Part shown: piece by piece, positions 1-11,773 of the stretch
How positions within the stretch are numbered: position 1 is the first letter of the stretch
Layout: every line of letters starts with the position of its first letter
Origin: Tubulanus polymorphus
Taxonomy: Eukaryota; Animalia; Nemertea
Assembly (NCBI RefSeq): GCF_964204645.1
Contig: NC_134033.1
Span: 6,038,231 to 6,102,230, forward strand
Length of the DNA stretch: 64,000 nucleotides
Direction of reading: 5' to 3'
Notes under the pieces: model-generated
Told to the model about the DNA's origin: nothing
Databases searched by the model: none
What the model saw: only the letters and a program-made list of their open reading frames with translations
Program-made: the position numbers and the translations under genes

Positions 1-678
1 TGGAATAAGAGGCATCTCTAACAACTGGTTTGAAAACTATTTGAAGAATAGAAAACAATTTGTTCAAATTCAAAATTATAAATCCTCGTTATGTACCGTT
101 AAAGCTGGAGTACCCCAAGGCTCAATTTTAGGTCCCTTGCTTTTTTTATTATATGTAAACGACTGTATTAAATTTTCTAATGTGTTAAAACTTATATTGT
201 TTGCCGATGACACAAATGCCTTTTATAGTGACATTAATTTATACAGATTAGTACGTACAGTAAACATTGAATTATCAAAATTGTATACCTGGTTTCAAAC
301 AAACAAGCTGTCATTAAATGTAAAGAAGACGTCATTTATGGTGTTCGGTAAACTATTGAAACATAACTTGAGAATATCAATTAACAATATAGAGATCAAA
401 CAAGTCAATGTCACAAATTTTCTTGGAGTTTTTATTGACAGAAATCTAACCTGGGACGATCAAATAAAATCAGTTGAAAAAAAAGTTTCTTGAAGCATTG
501 GTATAATAAATAGAGTAAGATATAAGCCGCCAGTGAGTTCTCTTCGTACCCTTTATTTGTCGCTTATTGATCCTTACCTCCAGTATTGTAACTTAGTTTG
601 GGGACGAAATTTTGAAAATAAACTTCAGCCATTAATTGTATTGCAAAAAAGAGCTATCAGGCTAATTTCTAATTCCTA
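1..678 (+). pseudogene. Non-LTR retrotransposon reverse transcriptase, C-terminal fragment (CR1/L2-like)
   Basis: GVPQGSILGPLLFLLYVND, LFADDT and FLGVFIDRNLTW motifs. In-frame stop at 491-493, then continues as LYLSLIDPYLQYCNLVWG...LQKRAIRLI. Truncated where Polinton sequence begins. Confidence 0.9.
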
Positions 679-790
679 TTATCTTTACTTTAATCAATCG
701 AAGTGGTTAGAAAAATATATAGATTTCAATACTCAACAGAGAACCATATCAAAAACAGATTTTGAAAAAGATTTCTTCAAATTAATGAAT
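679..790 (+). pseudogene. pPolB fragment (just upstream of and including the start of motif B)
   Basis: FNQSKWLEKYIDFNTQQRTISKTDFEKDFFKLMN matches copy B FRQSKWLEKYIDFNTKQRTEAKTDFEKDLFKLMNN at ~29615-29720 (-). Confidence 0.85.
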
Positions 791-794
791 ACAT

Positions 795-1460
795 TCTGGG
801 CATTTTTGTCTATCATATCTTGGTAATAGATCTTCATTAAGTTCTTGGTATTTTCTTACGTTTTCTTTATGTTTTATTGTTTAATTATGTAGATTTAAAT
901 TACTTGTTGTAATAATCAATTTGCAATATTTGCAATAATATGTTTTTCTTACTAATTCATTATATTGTTTTTCCAACTTTTCAAGTGTTTCTTCATTATC
1001 TGGTAACGTTTTCTCATATTTTATTTTTTCTAATATTTTATTTTTTCTTTCATTAAATTCTGTTTCAAATTTCCTAGAAATTTTATCTATATGTACTTTA
1101 CAAAATTGAAGATTCTCCCAATCTTCTATATTTTCGGGCTATATTCTATTCGACAAGGCTCACAGAAATGATCTTTTATATCATTCTTATCAAAGAATAA
1201 GAAAGGTCTTTTCCAAATAATTTCAGATTCAACTTCAACAGAATTACTATTACTTTCGTTACTATCAACATTAACCTTTGTGTCATTAATTTTACACTTC
1301 TCTGAATGTTTTTTAACATAATTTCTTGAAAATAATTTATTACAATTTGGGCAGTTTAGTTTAGGGGGTTTATAATTTTTATCATGTTATTTCATATGTC
1401 GAGCCATATTACTTTTTCTTTGAAGTTCACCACAAATTTCACATCCTATCTTCTCATCTA
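795..1460 (-). pseudogene. Disrupted AT-rich ORF fragment with two zinc-finger-like motifs, probably Polinton-derived
   Basis: Minus-strand translation reads CEICGELQRKSNMARHMK*H and CPNCNKLFSRNYVKKHSEKC. Confidence 0.5.
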
Positions 1461-1461
1461 A

Positions 1462-2140
1462 TTAAAAGAATATAGAATATTTGTTGATTCTAGAAAACTG
1501 TTAAATTATAAATCACATAATTTACTAGTACAATTAGATAGAGAATTTAAGAATTGTTTAGATTTAAAATTAGTCAATATTAGTTTATGTAACTCTTTTC
1601 ATAATATATCAGATAAAAGTCTAGAACATTTAATTTTTTCAATCTTTTACAAAAAAAAGGAATAAATGGTTTTTTATATATTTAAAACCAGGATTGTATA
1701 ATTTAGATACATTAGCGCAAGAAATTAATAAAAAAGCTCGAGCTAAATTAGGAAGTGATTCCGGATTTAACATTAGATTTTCAAAAAGACATAGTTCTAA
1801 TAAAATAAAGATTAGGTTAGCTCATGATGAACAATTTAAATTTACAGTAAGAAAACCTTTAGCTAAACTGTTAGGAATTAACCCCTGTGAAGCTGGCTCC
1901 CGGTTCCCGGTTCCTTATTCGGCTCCCGATTCAAAAACATTTTGAATCGGGAGCCGAATCGGGAACCGGGAACCGGGAGCCGGCTACTGGTTCGGCTACC
2001 TATTCAAAATGCTTTTGAATCGGGAGCCGAATAAGGAACCGGGAACCGGGAGCCAGCTTCACAGGGGTTTTAACCCAGATATTGTTACAGTAAACGCAGA
2101 AGGTAGATCAAACTTAATACCTTACACACACTTTTATATT
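1462..2140 (+). pseudogene. Minor capsid (penton) pseudogene of copy A, interrupted by a MITE and 3'-deleted
   Basis: LKEYRIFVDSRKLLNYKSHNLLVQLDREFKNC...LKPGLYNLDTLAQEIN...LLGI[MITE]NPDIVT...IPYTHFYI aligns with 27630-28388. Confidence 0.85.
1880..2069. mobile_element. 190-bp GC-rich fold-back MITE
   Basis: ~68-bp TIRs, AACCCCTGTGAAGCTGGCTCCCGG.../...CCGGGAGCCAGCTTCACAGGGGTT. Removal restores penton LLGINPD. TSD ambiguous (TT, or TTAA-like). Confidence 0.85.
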
Positions 2141-2469
2141 ACACTTTTGATCTCAACTATGATATTTACAACAATTGGTTTAGCTATATCAAATTCATTA
2201 AAATCTACGCCTACACCATATAAACCAGATAAACCACCAAATAATAATAATTCTATACAGGATAAAGTGAAAGATGGTTTGAAAAAATTAGCAAAATATT
2301 TATGGGAACTATCTAAAAAATTTGCTGCAGAAATTATTGCATCGATTGTTGGTTTTTAAAATCTGCTGGGAATATTCTTAACTTTGCTGCTGAACATGTT
2401 ATCTTATTTTTAATTACAATTGTTAGTGCTATTATTTTTGGATTAGTGAATATGATCAAAAATAAATAA
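2141..2469 (+). pseudogene. C-terminal fragment of the Polinton coiled-coil/membrane protein
   Basis: MIFTTIGLAISNSLKSTPTP...SIQDKVKDGLKKLAKYLWELSKK is near-identical to the C-terminus of 23106-24704. Confidence 0.85.
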
Positions 2470-2489
2470 TTAATTTTTTTGTTAAATAA

Positions 2490-3780
2490 ATGAGTGGGAG
2501 TTATATAAATCCTTCTAAGAATTCTAGAATATCAAATGCTATTAAAGCAGAAAGATTTCATCATATAATTACTCATAATCCTTCAAATATTAACCCCGAT
2601 GAAACTCTATATGTTAGAATCCCGAGATTAACACAAAATACTTTTTATGTTCCAAATAGTATTCATTTATCAGCCGATATAAAAGTAACTGGTGATAAAG
2701 ATAATTATGTTGTTGATCATGTTGGGAAATATTTGATTAAAAAATTAACTACAAAAATTGGACCAGAAACAGTTTTCTCATTAGATGATTATAATTTATT
2801 TATGCATTATAAAGATTTATGGTTAACAAAAGAAAATTGAAAAAATATGATATTTCAAGGCATCCAATCCTTAAATCAAAATAAACTAAGATCTGAGGCA
2901 CATAACGCAATAGTAGCTAATGACGTAGATAGTTTAATAAAAAAAGGTTTATGGTAGTAAATATAAAATTCCATTAGACTTTGAATTGATAAATAATAAT
3001 GCACCTTTATATAAATATGCAATTCAAGAAGATATTATATTTGAGATAACATCTGCTCCTTTTAGTGAAATTGTGCTATCTAGCGTTGTTAAAGATATGG
3101 GATAGAAATTATCAAATATAATATATTTGATAATTTATATCCCATATCATATTCTAAACATATGTTTAGAATATGATACAGTAACTGATGATAATATTTC
3201 AAGCATAATTCAAACTCAATATAATCAAGGATTTTCATTATTATATGATTATATTGATAAATTCAAAATTGTAACATTTAATGCAAATGATGAAATAATT
3301 AATGAGAATATTAACTTCCCAAGAAGATCTAGTAAAGGTATATTAATATTTTTTACCATTGCAATATATTCTAATGGCGCAATAAATGTTGATAAGTATT
3401 ATAATCCTGAAATAACAAAAGTAGAAATAACTATTGAAGGTATAGCTAATAAAATATTCTGTCAAGGAATGAGAATGATTGATCAATGGCCAGAAATTAG
3501 AAAACATTTTATGAATGAAAAAGTAAAATCATCTGAAGATTGTAATATTAATCAAATTGACTATTATACTGGTAATAAATATGCATTATGGTTAGATTTT
3601 AGAACAACTGAAGATAACTTATTACATGGTTCTGGTAAAAAATTACAAAATACAAAAGATGGAATACAATTATTCATGAAAAAGAAAAAAGGAAGCTTAA
3701 ATTTCAAAATGCACATTTACATTATATCTGACGCGCAATTAAATATTATAAATTCTCAATTAGATAGTATTCAATATTAG
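2490..3780 (+). pseudogene. Major capsid protein pseudogene, copy A
   Basis: 106/116 identical residues (hand count) to the N-terminus of 21838-23085. Stops and frameshifts in 2840-3150. Confidence 0.85.
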
Positions 3781-3810
3781 AAATATTAAGTTAAAATGAA
3801 CGATATATAA

Positions 3811-4938
3811 ATGGGTGGTAAAAAAAACTCCTAATACTAAAGAACAATATTTAAGAAATTTATATTACAACCCTGAGAGTTCGGTTGCTTATTCTTCTAC
3901 CAAAAATAAATGGCGTCAAGTAAAACAAGATAAATTAGATAAGATAATCCCACAAAATTTAGTTAAATATAAAGATATAAATGAATTTATGTTAGAAAAA
4001 CCAACATATACAACACATAAAGAAATTGTTAGAAAATATAAAACTCGTAAAACTATGGTAAGTTATGTAGATCAACAGTGGCAAGGAGATTTAATTGATA
4101 TGAAAAATGTTAAGAAAGATAATGATGATTATTGGTGGATATTGAATATAATTGATACTTTTAGTCGTTATGTATGGAGCTTCCCACTTTACAGAAAAGA
4201 TGCTGTACAAACATCAAATGTTTTAAGAAAATTTCTTTCAGGTGGTAAACTAAAGCCAGAAAAAATTCAATTTGATGATGGAAAAGAATTTGATAATTCA
4301 TCTGTTCATGGTCTCTTAGATTTTCATAATATTAAATTTTTTTTAACAAAATCGGATAAAAAAGCAGCAGTTGTTGAACGATTTAATAGAACATTGAGAA
4401 CAAGAATGTCAAAATATTTGACAGCAAATAATACTTATAAATGGATTGATATTTTACCAAAATTGATAAATGGTTATAATAATTCTTATCATTCTTCTAT
4501 TGGAATGAAACCTATTGATGCTAGAAAACCTGAAAATGCTGAAATTGTTTGGAATAATTTATATGGAGCATTTCTTGTTGATGATTTTGGTGAACCTAAA
4601 TTTAAAGTTGGTCAAAATGTTAGAATTTTTAAGTATAAAAAGATATTTGAAAAAGGATACGATCGTAATTTTACTAGAGAAATATACAAAATAAAAAAGG
4701 TAATAACAACTAAACCATATGTCTATAAATTAGAAGATTTAGATGGTGAAGAAGTTGATGGATATTTTTATGAAGAAGAATTAAGTTTACTACTGAAAAT
4801 CTAGAACAAGAATATAAAATTGAAAAAGTACTAAAAACAAAAACTGTTAAAAGAAAAAAATATTCTTTAGTAAAATGGGTTGGATGGCCAGATAAATTTA
4901 ATGAATGGATATTATCAAGTAAAATTGAAAATATATAA
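3811..4938 (+). pseudogene. Retroviral-like (rve) integrase with C-terminal chromodomain, copy A; frameshifted at both ends
   Basis: QWQGDLID, QFDDGKEF and VERFNRTL (DDE triad). Chromodomain EYKIEKVLKTK...YSLVKWVGWPDKFNEWI lies in another frame at 4805-4938. Confidence 0.9.
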
Positions 4939-5533
4939 ATGAATAAGGAATTATTTATATTTGAACTTCATAATATGTTAATTTCTAGTGTAACAAATTG
5001 TGGAAAAACTTATTTTATATTAAATTTATTAGAAACTATTTTGATAATATAGTATTATTTTGTCCAACATATGAATTTAATCAAACTTATGATAGAAATA
5101 TTACTAGAAATAATAAATTTATTGTATTAGATCCTAAAACAGTAAAAGAAAATTTAGATAATTGTATTAAAATAGCATTAGATATTTATAAAGGATCAAA
5201 TACATTATTCATTATAGATGATTGTGCAAATTTACATGATTCAAAAATTAAAGAGAGTGAATTATGCTATTTAGCTTTCTCTGGGAGACATTTTGGGATA
5301 ACAACGTGGGTTTTAAATCAAAAATATAATTCAATTGTGAAAGATTTTAGGGAGAATATTAGATTTTTAGTATTATTCTATAATAAGGATAGAAAATCAA
5401 TGGAAAATGCACTTGAGGAAAATGATATAATTCCAAATGATTTACATAATGAATATATGGATAAATTGAAAATAATAAAAGATCAAAATTACTATTTCGA
5501 TTACAACACCCATTTGAATATGAATTTATTTAA
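4939..5533 (+). pseudogene. A32/FtsK-like packaging ATPase pseudogene, copy A
   Basis: ISSVTNCGKT (Walker A, G to S change), FIIDD and SGRH motifs; frameshifts. Confidence 0.85.
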
Positions 5534-5534
5534 A

Positions 5535-5820
5535 TTCAACTAGCTTGTTAATCTATTACATATTTAGTTACATTCTAGTTGAATTCTAGTTATTGGTAGT
5601 TGAAACAAAAATCAAATAAAATTCAACAATATTTTAACTAGCTTTTTAATCTAGTATATTTTTAGTTACATTCTAGTTGAATTCTAGTTATTGGTAGTTG
5701 AAAAAAAAAATAAAATTCAACAAAAAATAAATAAAACTAACAATATTTCAACTAGCTTGTTAATCTAGTATATTTTTAGTTACATTCTAGTTAAATTCTA
5801 GTTGAAGTCTAGTTGCAACA
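5535..5820. repeat. Three ~100-bp imperfect tandem units rich in CTAG (TTCAACTAG/CTAGTTGAA)
   Basis: Repeated CAACTAGCTTGTTAATCTAG...TTAGTTACATTCTAGTTGAATTCTAGTT. Confidence 0.8.
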
Positions 5821-5881
5821 ACACAACTAATTTGTTTCTAACATTTTCAAATATTGAAAGTAAAAATTTTTCTATAATAAA

Positions 5882-6285
5882 TGAGTGAAGTGCGAGAGGT
5901 GAAAGAATTAACTGTGTAGAAAAAACCGAGAACTCAGAAACAAATTTAATGGTCTCGGCAATTAGGAATTAAATCACAGGAATATAAAAAAGCTGTAAAA
6001 GAAAAAATAAGTAATAAAAATGTTAATAAAAATGGTGAAAATATTGATATTTCTACTCCTTCTAATAATAGAATATTTGATAAATATCTATATTTTACAA
6101 CTGGATTTGTAATTGTATTCATTTTGATTGGGTGTAGTTGGTATAAGAAATCAAATAAAATTTATGATATTAATAATTCTGAAACTACTGCTATTAAAAA
6201 TGAAAATACTTCTGAAATTCCAAAATTCACAATAAAAGAATGGATTAATATTTTAGAAAAAAAGCAAAAAAATAATTTTTTTAAA
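5882..6285 (+). pseudogene. Small Lys-rich single-TM Polinton protein, disrupted (homolog of 18682-19041)
   Basis: TAAATG start; RTQKQI*WSRQLG resembles RSEKQIKWARELG; TM segment YLYFTTGFVIVFILIG. Confidence 0.6.
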
Positions 6286-6574
6286 TTAATTGAATATCAC
6301 CATGTGGGTGCCGTACGGCACCATCTCACTACTTTTGTCTATCACTGTGTGGGTGCCGTTTATGGTACCATCTGCGCGGAGTAATTGGATTGTCCAGATA
6401 AGTCATTTCGGATTCTAGATATTCATTATTTTTATTATCAATTTATTTTTTTAATCAACAATTTCTAAATCATGATGACCGTCTTCATTTTTTCAATGAT
6501 ATATTATTTTAAATCCTTCTAAATCTTATAATTCCTCTGTACTCAATGAAGCCCATTTATCAGGTTAAAATACT

Positions 6575-6775
6575 TTAATTCCGCGATGTACTAACATTAC
6601 AGTAGCTTAAATTCGCTGATTCTTTCTCTCCATATTTAGTTTTTATCTTTTCTAATTTTAATATTTTATGTTCAATTCCTTTTGTAACATCAACTAACTT
6701 TTTTATTTCAAATTGTTTTTTTGCTGGTTTTATTCTGTTATTTATTGTTGCTAAGAGTGCGTTTCTATCTCCCAT
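6575..6775 (-). pseudogene. Truncated Lys-rich ORF, probably part of copy A
   Basis: Starts with the element-specific TAATTTTTTTTCTTAATAAATG motif; same AT-rich codon style. Confidence 0.4.
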
Positions 6776-8534
6776 TTATTAAGAAAAAAAATTACTTGTG
6801 GTGATGAGTGGTGTCTCGACCTCTGATCTGAAAACGCCATATTCCAATTACTTATACCTTCATGACGCAGTAGAAGTAGAATGATTCTTTGGTGATAATG
6901 TTCATTTTCTGTTCATATATCCTCACATGAAAAGACCGGGACAACCAACAAGAGAGCCAAACCAATCTTAGCTACCCAAAAGACGCACTACATTAAAAAA
7001 ATCCATCGTTTTAAAAGGATATCCAAGATGGATGGTCACCCTGGCGGTCGTACTTCACAGCCGATGACCTCGTCAATCTTCAGTTGCAGGTCGTTTCGTG
7101 CTGACAGGAAATTCAAGATGGCTGCTCTAGTGGCCATATCTTATGGCTAACGAAGTTTATTTTCAATTGGGATGGATATCTCACATACCCCAAACCTCCC
7201 ATTAAGTTTAAAAATTCATCAGGAACTGCAAGCTGTATCGTGCTAAAAATATATTGAAGACGGATGACCACCCCATATTTGAAAGCCGATGACCGCCATA
7301 TTCAATTGGGATGGACAGCTTACCTACCCTGATCCTCACATTTCCTCTTGAAGAAATCCAACAAGAATCGCAGTGGGCTACATCTTGGAAACAAGAAATT
7401 CTAGATGGTTTCCCTGGCGGCCATATTTGATCACCTAATATCGTTATTTGCAATAGCGGTGGACTGGACATTTCACCTTTGAACCCAATCTTCAAGCTAA
7501 TTTCTAAAAGAGTCCATCGGGAATTACAGACTGTATCGATGTGTCGAATTCAATTCCATCCACACATCTGAGGGCCAAGCTTAGGCCTATGCAATGTTAC
7601 TGTTGGGAAAGGAGGCAATTAAGATTCGACTTATTAAAAACAGCACGGATGCCTATTGAAATAACATTTTACATTACAATTTACAGTTTTTCTTAGTTAG
7701 TTGTTCCTGTTTGCATTGTGCACGCGCCGGTTTATTATTGTTTACATCTAACGTCACCAACAGCTGGTAAAACCGAGGCACGCTGTCGAACATCTTGACT
7801 GATTCATATACTATAAATGCTTACCATGAAAAAACCACGTGGAAAAAAGCCCGAAATACATAAAGAATTCAACGCTGTCGCCACAACGATTAATTAGATC
7901 ATACGCTATGTAGCAATGGAAGATAAACTTCGTCAACAATGATACAACGACAGTAGCGCGATTTACCCGCCTAAATGACTTAGGAAGATCAACTTTGGCA
8001 ACACAATTTGAGAATTCGCTCAAAAAAGAACAATTTCTAATCCTAGTAGAAAATGAAACTTATCAATAACATTGATAACAACATAAAAGCAAATTTGTAC
8101 CACAACAGTTATATACGGGAATAGAAAGACCCCAGAAAACTGAAACGCCATCTCGAGATGTACATAGCCCGGGATAGTTATAATAACCACCACGTACCGT
8201 AATATATGGCCACTCAACTGAACAATTTATGAATATAAGAACTCGCCGAGGCAAAAATTGAATAAAATGGCCACCAAATTAAAAAAGTGCAATACGCCTA
8301 AAAATGACGGAGATGAAAACCCAACCAAAATTCTATTTCGTCGAAACACGATATCTCCTAAAACGGCGTTAACGTACGCTGTTCTTAGCAGATTAAGAAT
8401 GAATGCAGCGATCATAGATAACAGATCATTGACAGCGAAAATTTTGATAAGAAAATTTATACAAATCAGATTTAGATTGTCTTATAACTGCAGTACCAGC
8501 CTAAATATATTAACGCAAAATTTGTTTATCCATT

Positions 8535-9121
8535 AGTAATAGGGAATATCTTGTTTCAGATCAAAGGTCGAACGGTCGAGTTCATTAAAAACAAAACATT
8601 AAAAGTAATTTAAAACTATAATATATTTTCATAACCGTGTGCATTTTATATTAAAACTAAATATTTATTCTAAGATATCAATAATTTAAAAAGCATATTG
8701 TATTAAATCAATTGGTCGCTCCACTTCGCTACCGCTCCGCTCCGCGACCAATTGATTTATTTACAATACACACATTCATATAATCAAATATATTCGAATA
8801 ATAATAATATTCAACTGAAATACACACGGTTATGAAAATATATTTTAGTTTTAAATTACTTTTAATATTTGTTATTAATGAACTCGGCCATTCAACCTTT
8901 AACCTGAAACAAGATATTCCCTATTACTCATAAGATATTCATATATATGAATAAGATATAAATTAATAACTTCTAAAATCAATTTTAATAAAAAATTTAG
9001 TATTAAAATGGAAGCAAATAAGTACTACTGTCCAACATGTAATATCAATATAGATAAATCCCAAAAAGCAAGACACAATAAAACTAAAACACATTTAGAG
9101 AATAAATTGAAACTAGAATAT
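8535..9121 (+). repeat. Left terminal inverted repeat (587 bp); 8535-8928 is itself an imperfect palindrome
   Basis: Reverse complement of 31875-32464 with about a dozen substitutions and one 3-bp indel. Begins AGTAATAGGGAATATCTTGTTTCAG and carries its complement ending at 8928. Confidence 0.95.
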
Positions 9122-9167
9122 TTAGGGTTTCTGCTGCTTTCGCAGAAACCCTCTTGTAATTCTGTTG

Positions 9168-9209
<42 letters not shown>

Positions 9210-10493
9210 TTTCCCCTTTCCAGCCAAAAATTTTTCATAAAATGTAACTCCTCTCAGATTCGACTACTAGCAGCTTATAAACCTAATTTTCAATTATGAA
9301 AGAAATATAACTCAGCGCCTGACCATTTCCAATTTGCGTATTATATTTGATTATGAATTAATCCCGCGTAATTATTTGGTCTAAACAGGCAATAAGAATG
9401 TCGCAAGAATCATCATCCATTGATAAATGTACATCGTGAAAAGCCTGCAAATTACCCGACGACCTTGAGCTTCAAAATAAATCACGGATTCGGATTTATA
9501 AATCGGGGTTCGACCTACGACATCCATTCAATGTTTTCAGATTTCGGGCGCATGCGTCAATTTAGCTCAGACGCCATTTTCTTTATTTACAACGTGCGAC
9601 GCCACTCTACGTTACTTGCATTTTTACGACTTTGTTGTGTGTTTCTGTGACCAATCTTCAGAGAGGTATGTATATATAACGGTTAGGCCTAATATGATGT
9701 ATTTTTCCACGTAATCTGACGACTGGTATTAAAAGCCGACCGGAATTCGTCTTGATCCGCGCGTTGTGGTAGCAGTCGGGTCTGGTTGGTGTGAGATCGA
9801 TATCGAATCCCGCATGACTTACACATAGAAGTAGCTTTTAAAAGGCCAAATTTGGGCTAGGTGTTAAGGTTGACCCAATGCGTATGATTTAATAATAGTG
9901 TTTGTGGTATGGGTAGAAAATATTTAGGCCTATATAGACAGCAGCTTAAATATTGAATAATGGGATTTGAATTGCACTAGTGTGTGTGTGTCTGTGTGCG
10001 AGAGCAGGGAGCACTCCATCTCCCTGACCCTGTGACTTATGATTAAGCCACCCGATTCTGCTGAATGCGAACAAGTCATCAGGTTTTCGTGAATGTGAAT
10101 AAATACTATAAGAAGGGACTGCCAATTTTAATGAACACAGAAATATCTTAATTGAAATCGTATGTCAGCTAATTTCAAATTGAAGGCCTATTATACATAA
10201 ATTACAGTACACTCCGCCCACTCATGTCAGACCATTTGGGAGTGTAAAAATGTATCCTGCTTTCTGGATCTGATTCAAGCTTAAGTCTACTGTTTGTATA
10301 TTCAATCTACCTAGGCCCATAGGCCTAATTGTGCCTGCCTAATTATTGGGGAAATCGACAATGTCAGGTTCTTGAATTTCTCGACTGATGGCGCTAGTTA
10401 GAACTGGATATTGGTACCTAAATCTGCCATGTTCTAGTTTATTTGCAATAAAAATCTGGCCTCTCAATTTTTTAGTAGGCAGTAGTTATTTTA

Positions 10494-10888
10494 CTGGATC
10501 TGGTCACTGACTTCTGAACGCTATTTTGCCAAATATTGTCTCTAAATTGGCTGATTTACTACGCACATGCGCAAAGAGGTGCGCGGCTTAGATAATTGGA
10601 AGGAAGTGTGGAGAACAGAGTTTACCCGGACCAGTGAATTACTAGCCTAGCGTCTTCCTATTAGATCACAGAGCTCATTGAAAACCATCCGAATGTTTTA
10701 GCTACATTTAGCCTCACCTAACCCTAACCCTATCCCTACTTGTGAAATCGAACCCTGTGGACCCTCTTCTCACCCTCTTGACACTAACCCTATCCAAACC
10801 CTTACCCTAAACCCAATAAAATGATTTAATTGTTACATAATAAATGGATTTGGCAAAATAGCGTTCAGAAGTCGGTGACCGGATCCAG
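10494..10888. mobile_element. ~395-bp MITE with 41-bp TIRs, nested inside the Helentron
   Basis: CTGGATCTGGTCACTGACTTCTGAACGCTATTTTGCCAAAT and its near-complement at 10848-10888. Internal CCTAACCCT repeats; core shared with 53845-54304. Confidence 0.8.
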
Positions 10889-11773
10889 GTTAAATATGCA
10901 CTTCCTTTTTAGTAAGTGTATTTTACGTACATACATCATCACGTTTAATCCTTTAAGTATGATATCCTGGAAATCTGTTAGATTGGACAAAACGTTACTT
11001 CAACTGTCAAAAATTTTCCAAAAATCACAAATTTAGTGAAAAAAAATGCTCATTAAAAACTTGAAGCGAGAGATCTTTATTGCAAATCAACAAAACAAGG
11101 TGGATTTAGGTTCCAATTTCCGGTTCTGACTAGTGCCATCATACGAGTAATTCCAGAACTTGAATTTGTTGATATTTGTATTGGCATCATTCCTTTTCTA
11201 AAACGGAACCTGACGACCAATTATTCAATTTCCTATTTATTTATTTTTTTAAACAAGACTCATCATGCAGGTATTCCCCGCAACAACAGGTTTCAGAGGG
11301 AAGACCAGCCTTTTATTTTTGTTTCAACCCATCTTAAAATGAGCCACCAATCGGTAATCGGGCGAACCATAATAGTGTTCACTACCTGTTTTAATACTCG
11401 TCGTTGCACATTTGTTCAGGATACTACGTCTAGCCTATGTGGGTTATAGGGTTTATTCCAAAAGTTTGCAAACAAAATCCAGTTAATTTGTTTAGTTTTG
11501 GAGACATTTTTGATGCATTGTTTTCAACACATTTTATTCAATTTTCTTCCAATCTTGCCATCAACCAAACCCAGCGGAGCTATCACAGCTGACAGGCTGC
11601 TTGTTCAACACACCATACCTATTTGTAGCAGGTGTCACCTATTGTTTCGAAATTTTAGAGAAAGTTCCTACAGGCTGATTAATAATGCTGTGATAATGTT
11701 TCTTTTGTGATAGGTCACATACTTGATACTTGTTGATACTTGAAATAGGATATTGATCAGTACATTACTCATC

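Larger units (their letters stand above)
679..6795 (+). mobile_element. Degenerate, internally deleted Polinton/Maverick copy A (no termini visible)
   Basis: Fragments of pPolB, penton, membrane protein, MCP, integrase and ATPase, all clearly homologous to genes of copy B. Many stops and frameshifts. Boundaries approximate. Confidence 0.88.

Noticed and set aside
533-826. Apparent RT-pPolB fusion ORF
   Set aside because: Chance in-frame junction of two broken elements; both parts are short fragments.
2009-2359. 116-aa ORF as a real gene
   Set aside because: Chimera of MITE sequence, a penton fragment and a membrane-protein fragment across a deletion.
9122-9208. Poly-Tyr tail of ORF 9008-9208
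   Set aside because: Translation of the Helentron (TTA)n microsatellite.
10715-10815. Telomere or interstitial telomere
   Set aside because: Only a few degenerate CCCTAA units, internal to a MITE.
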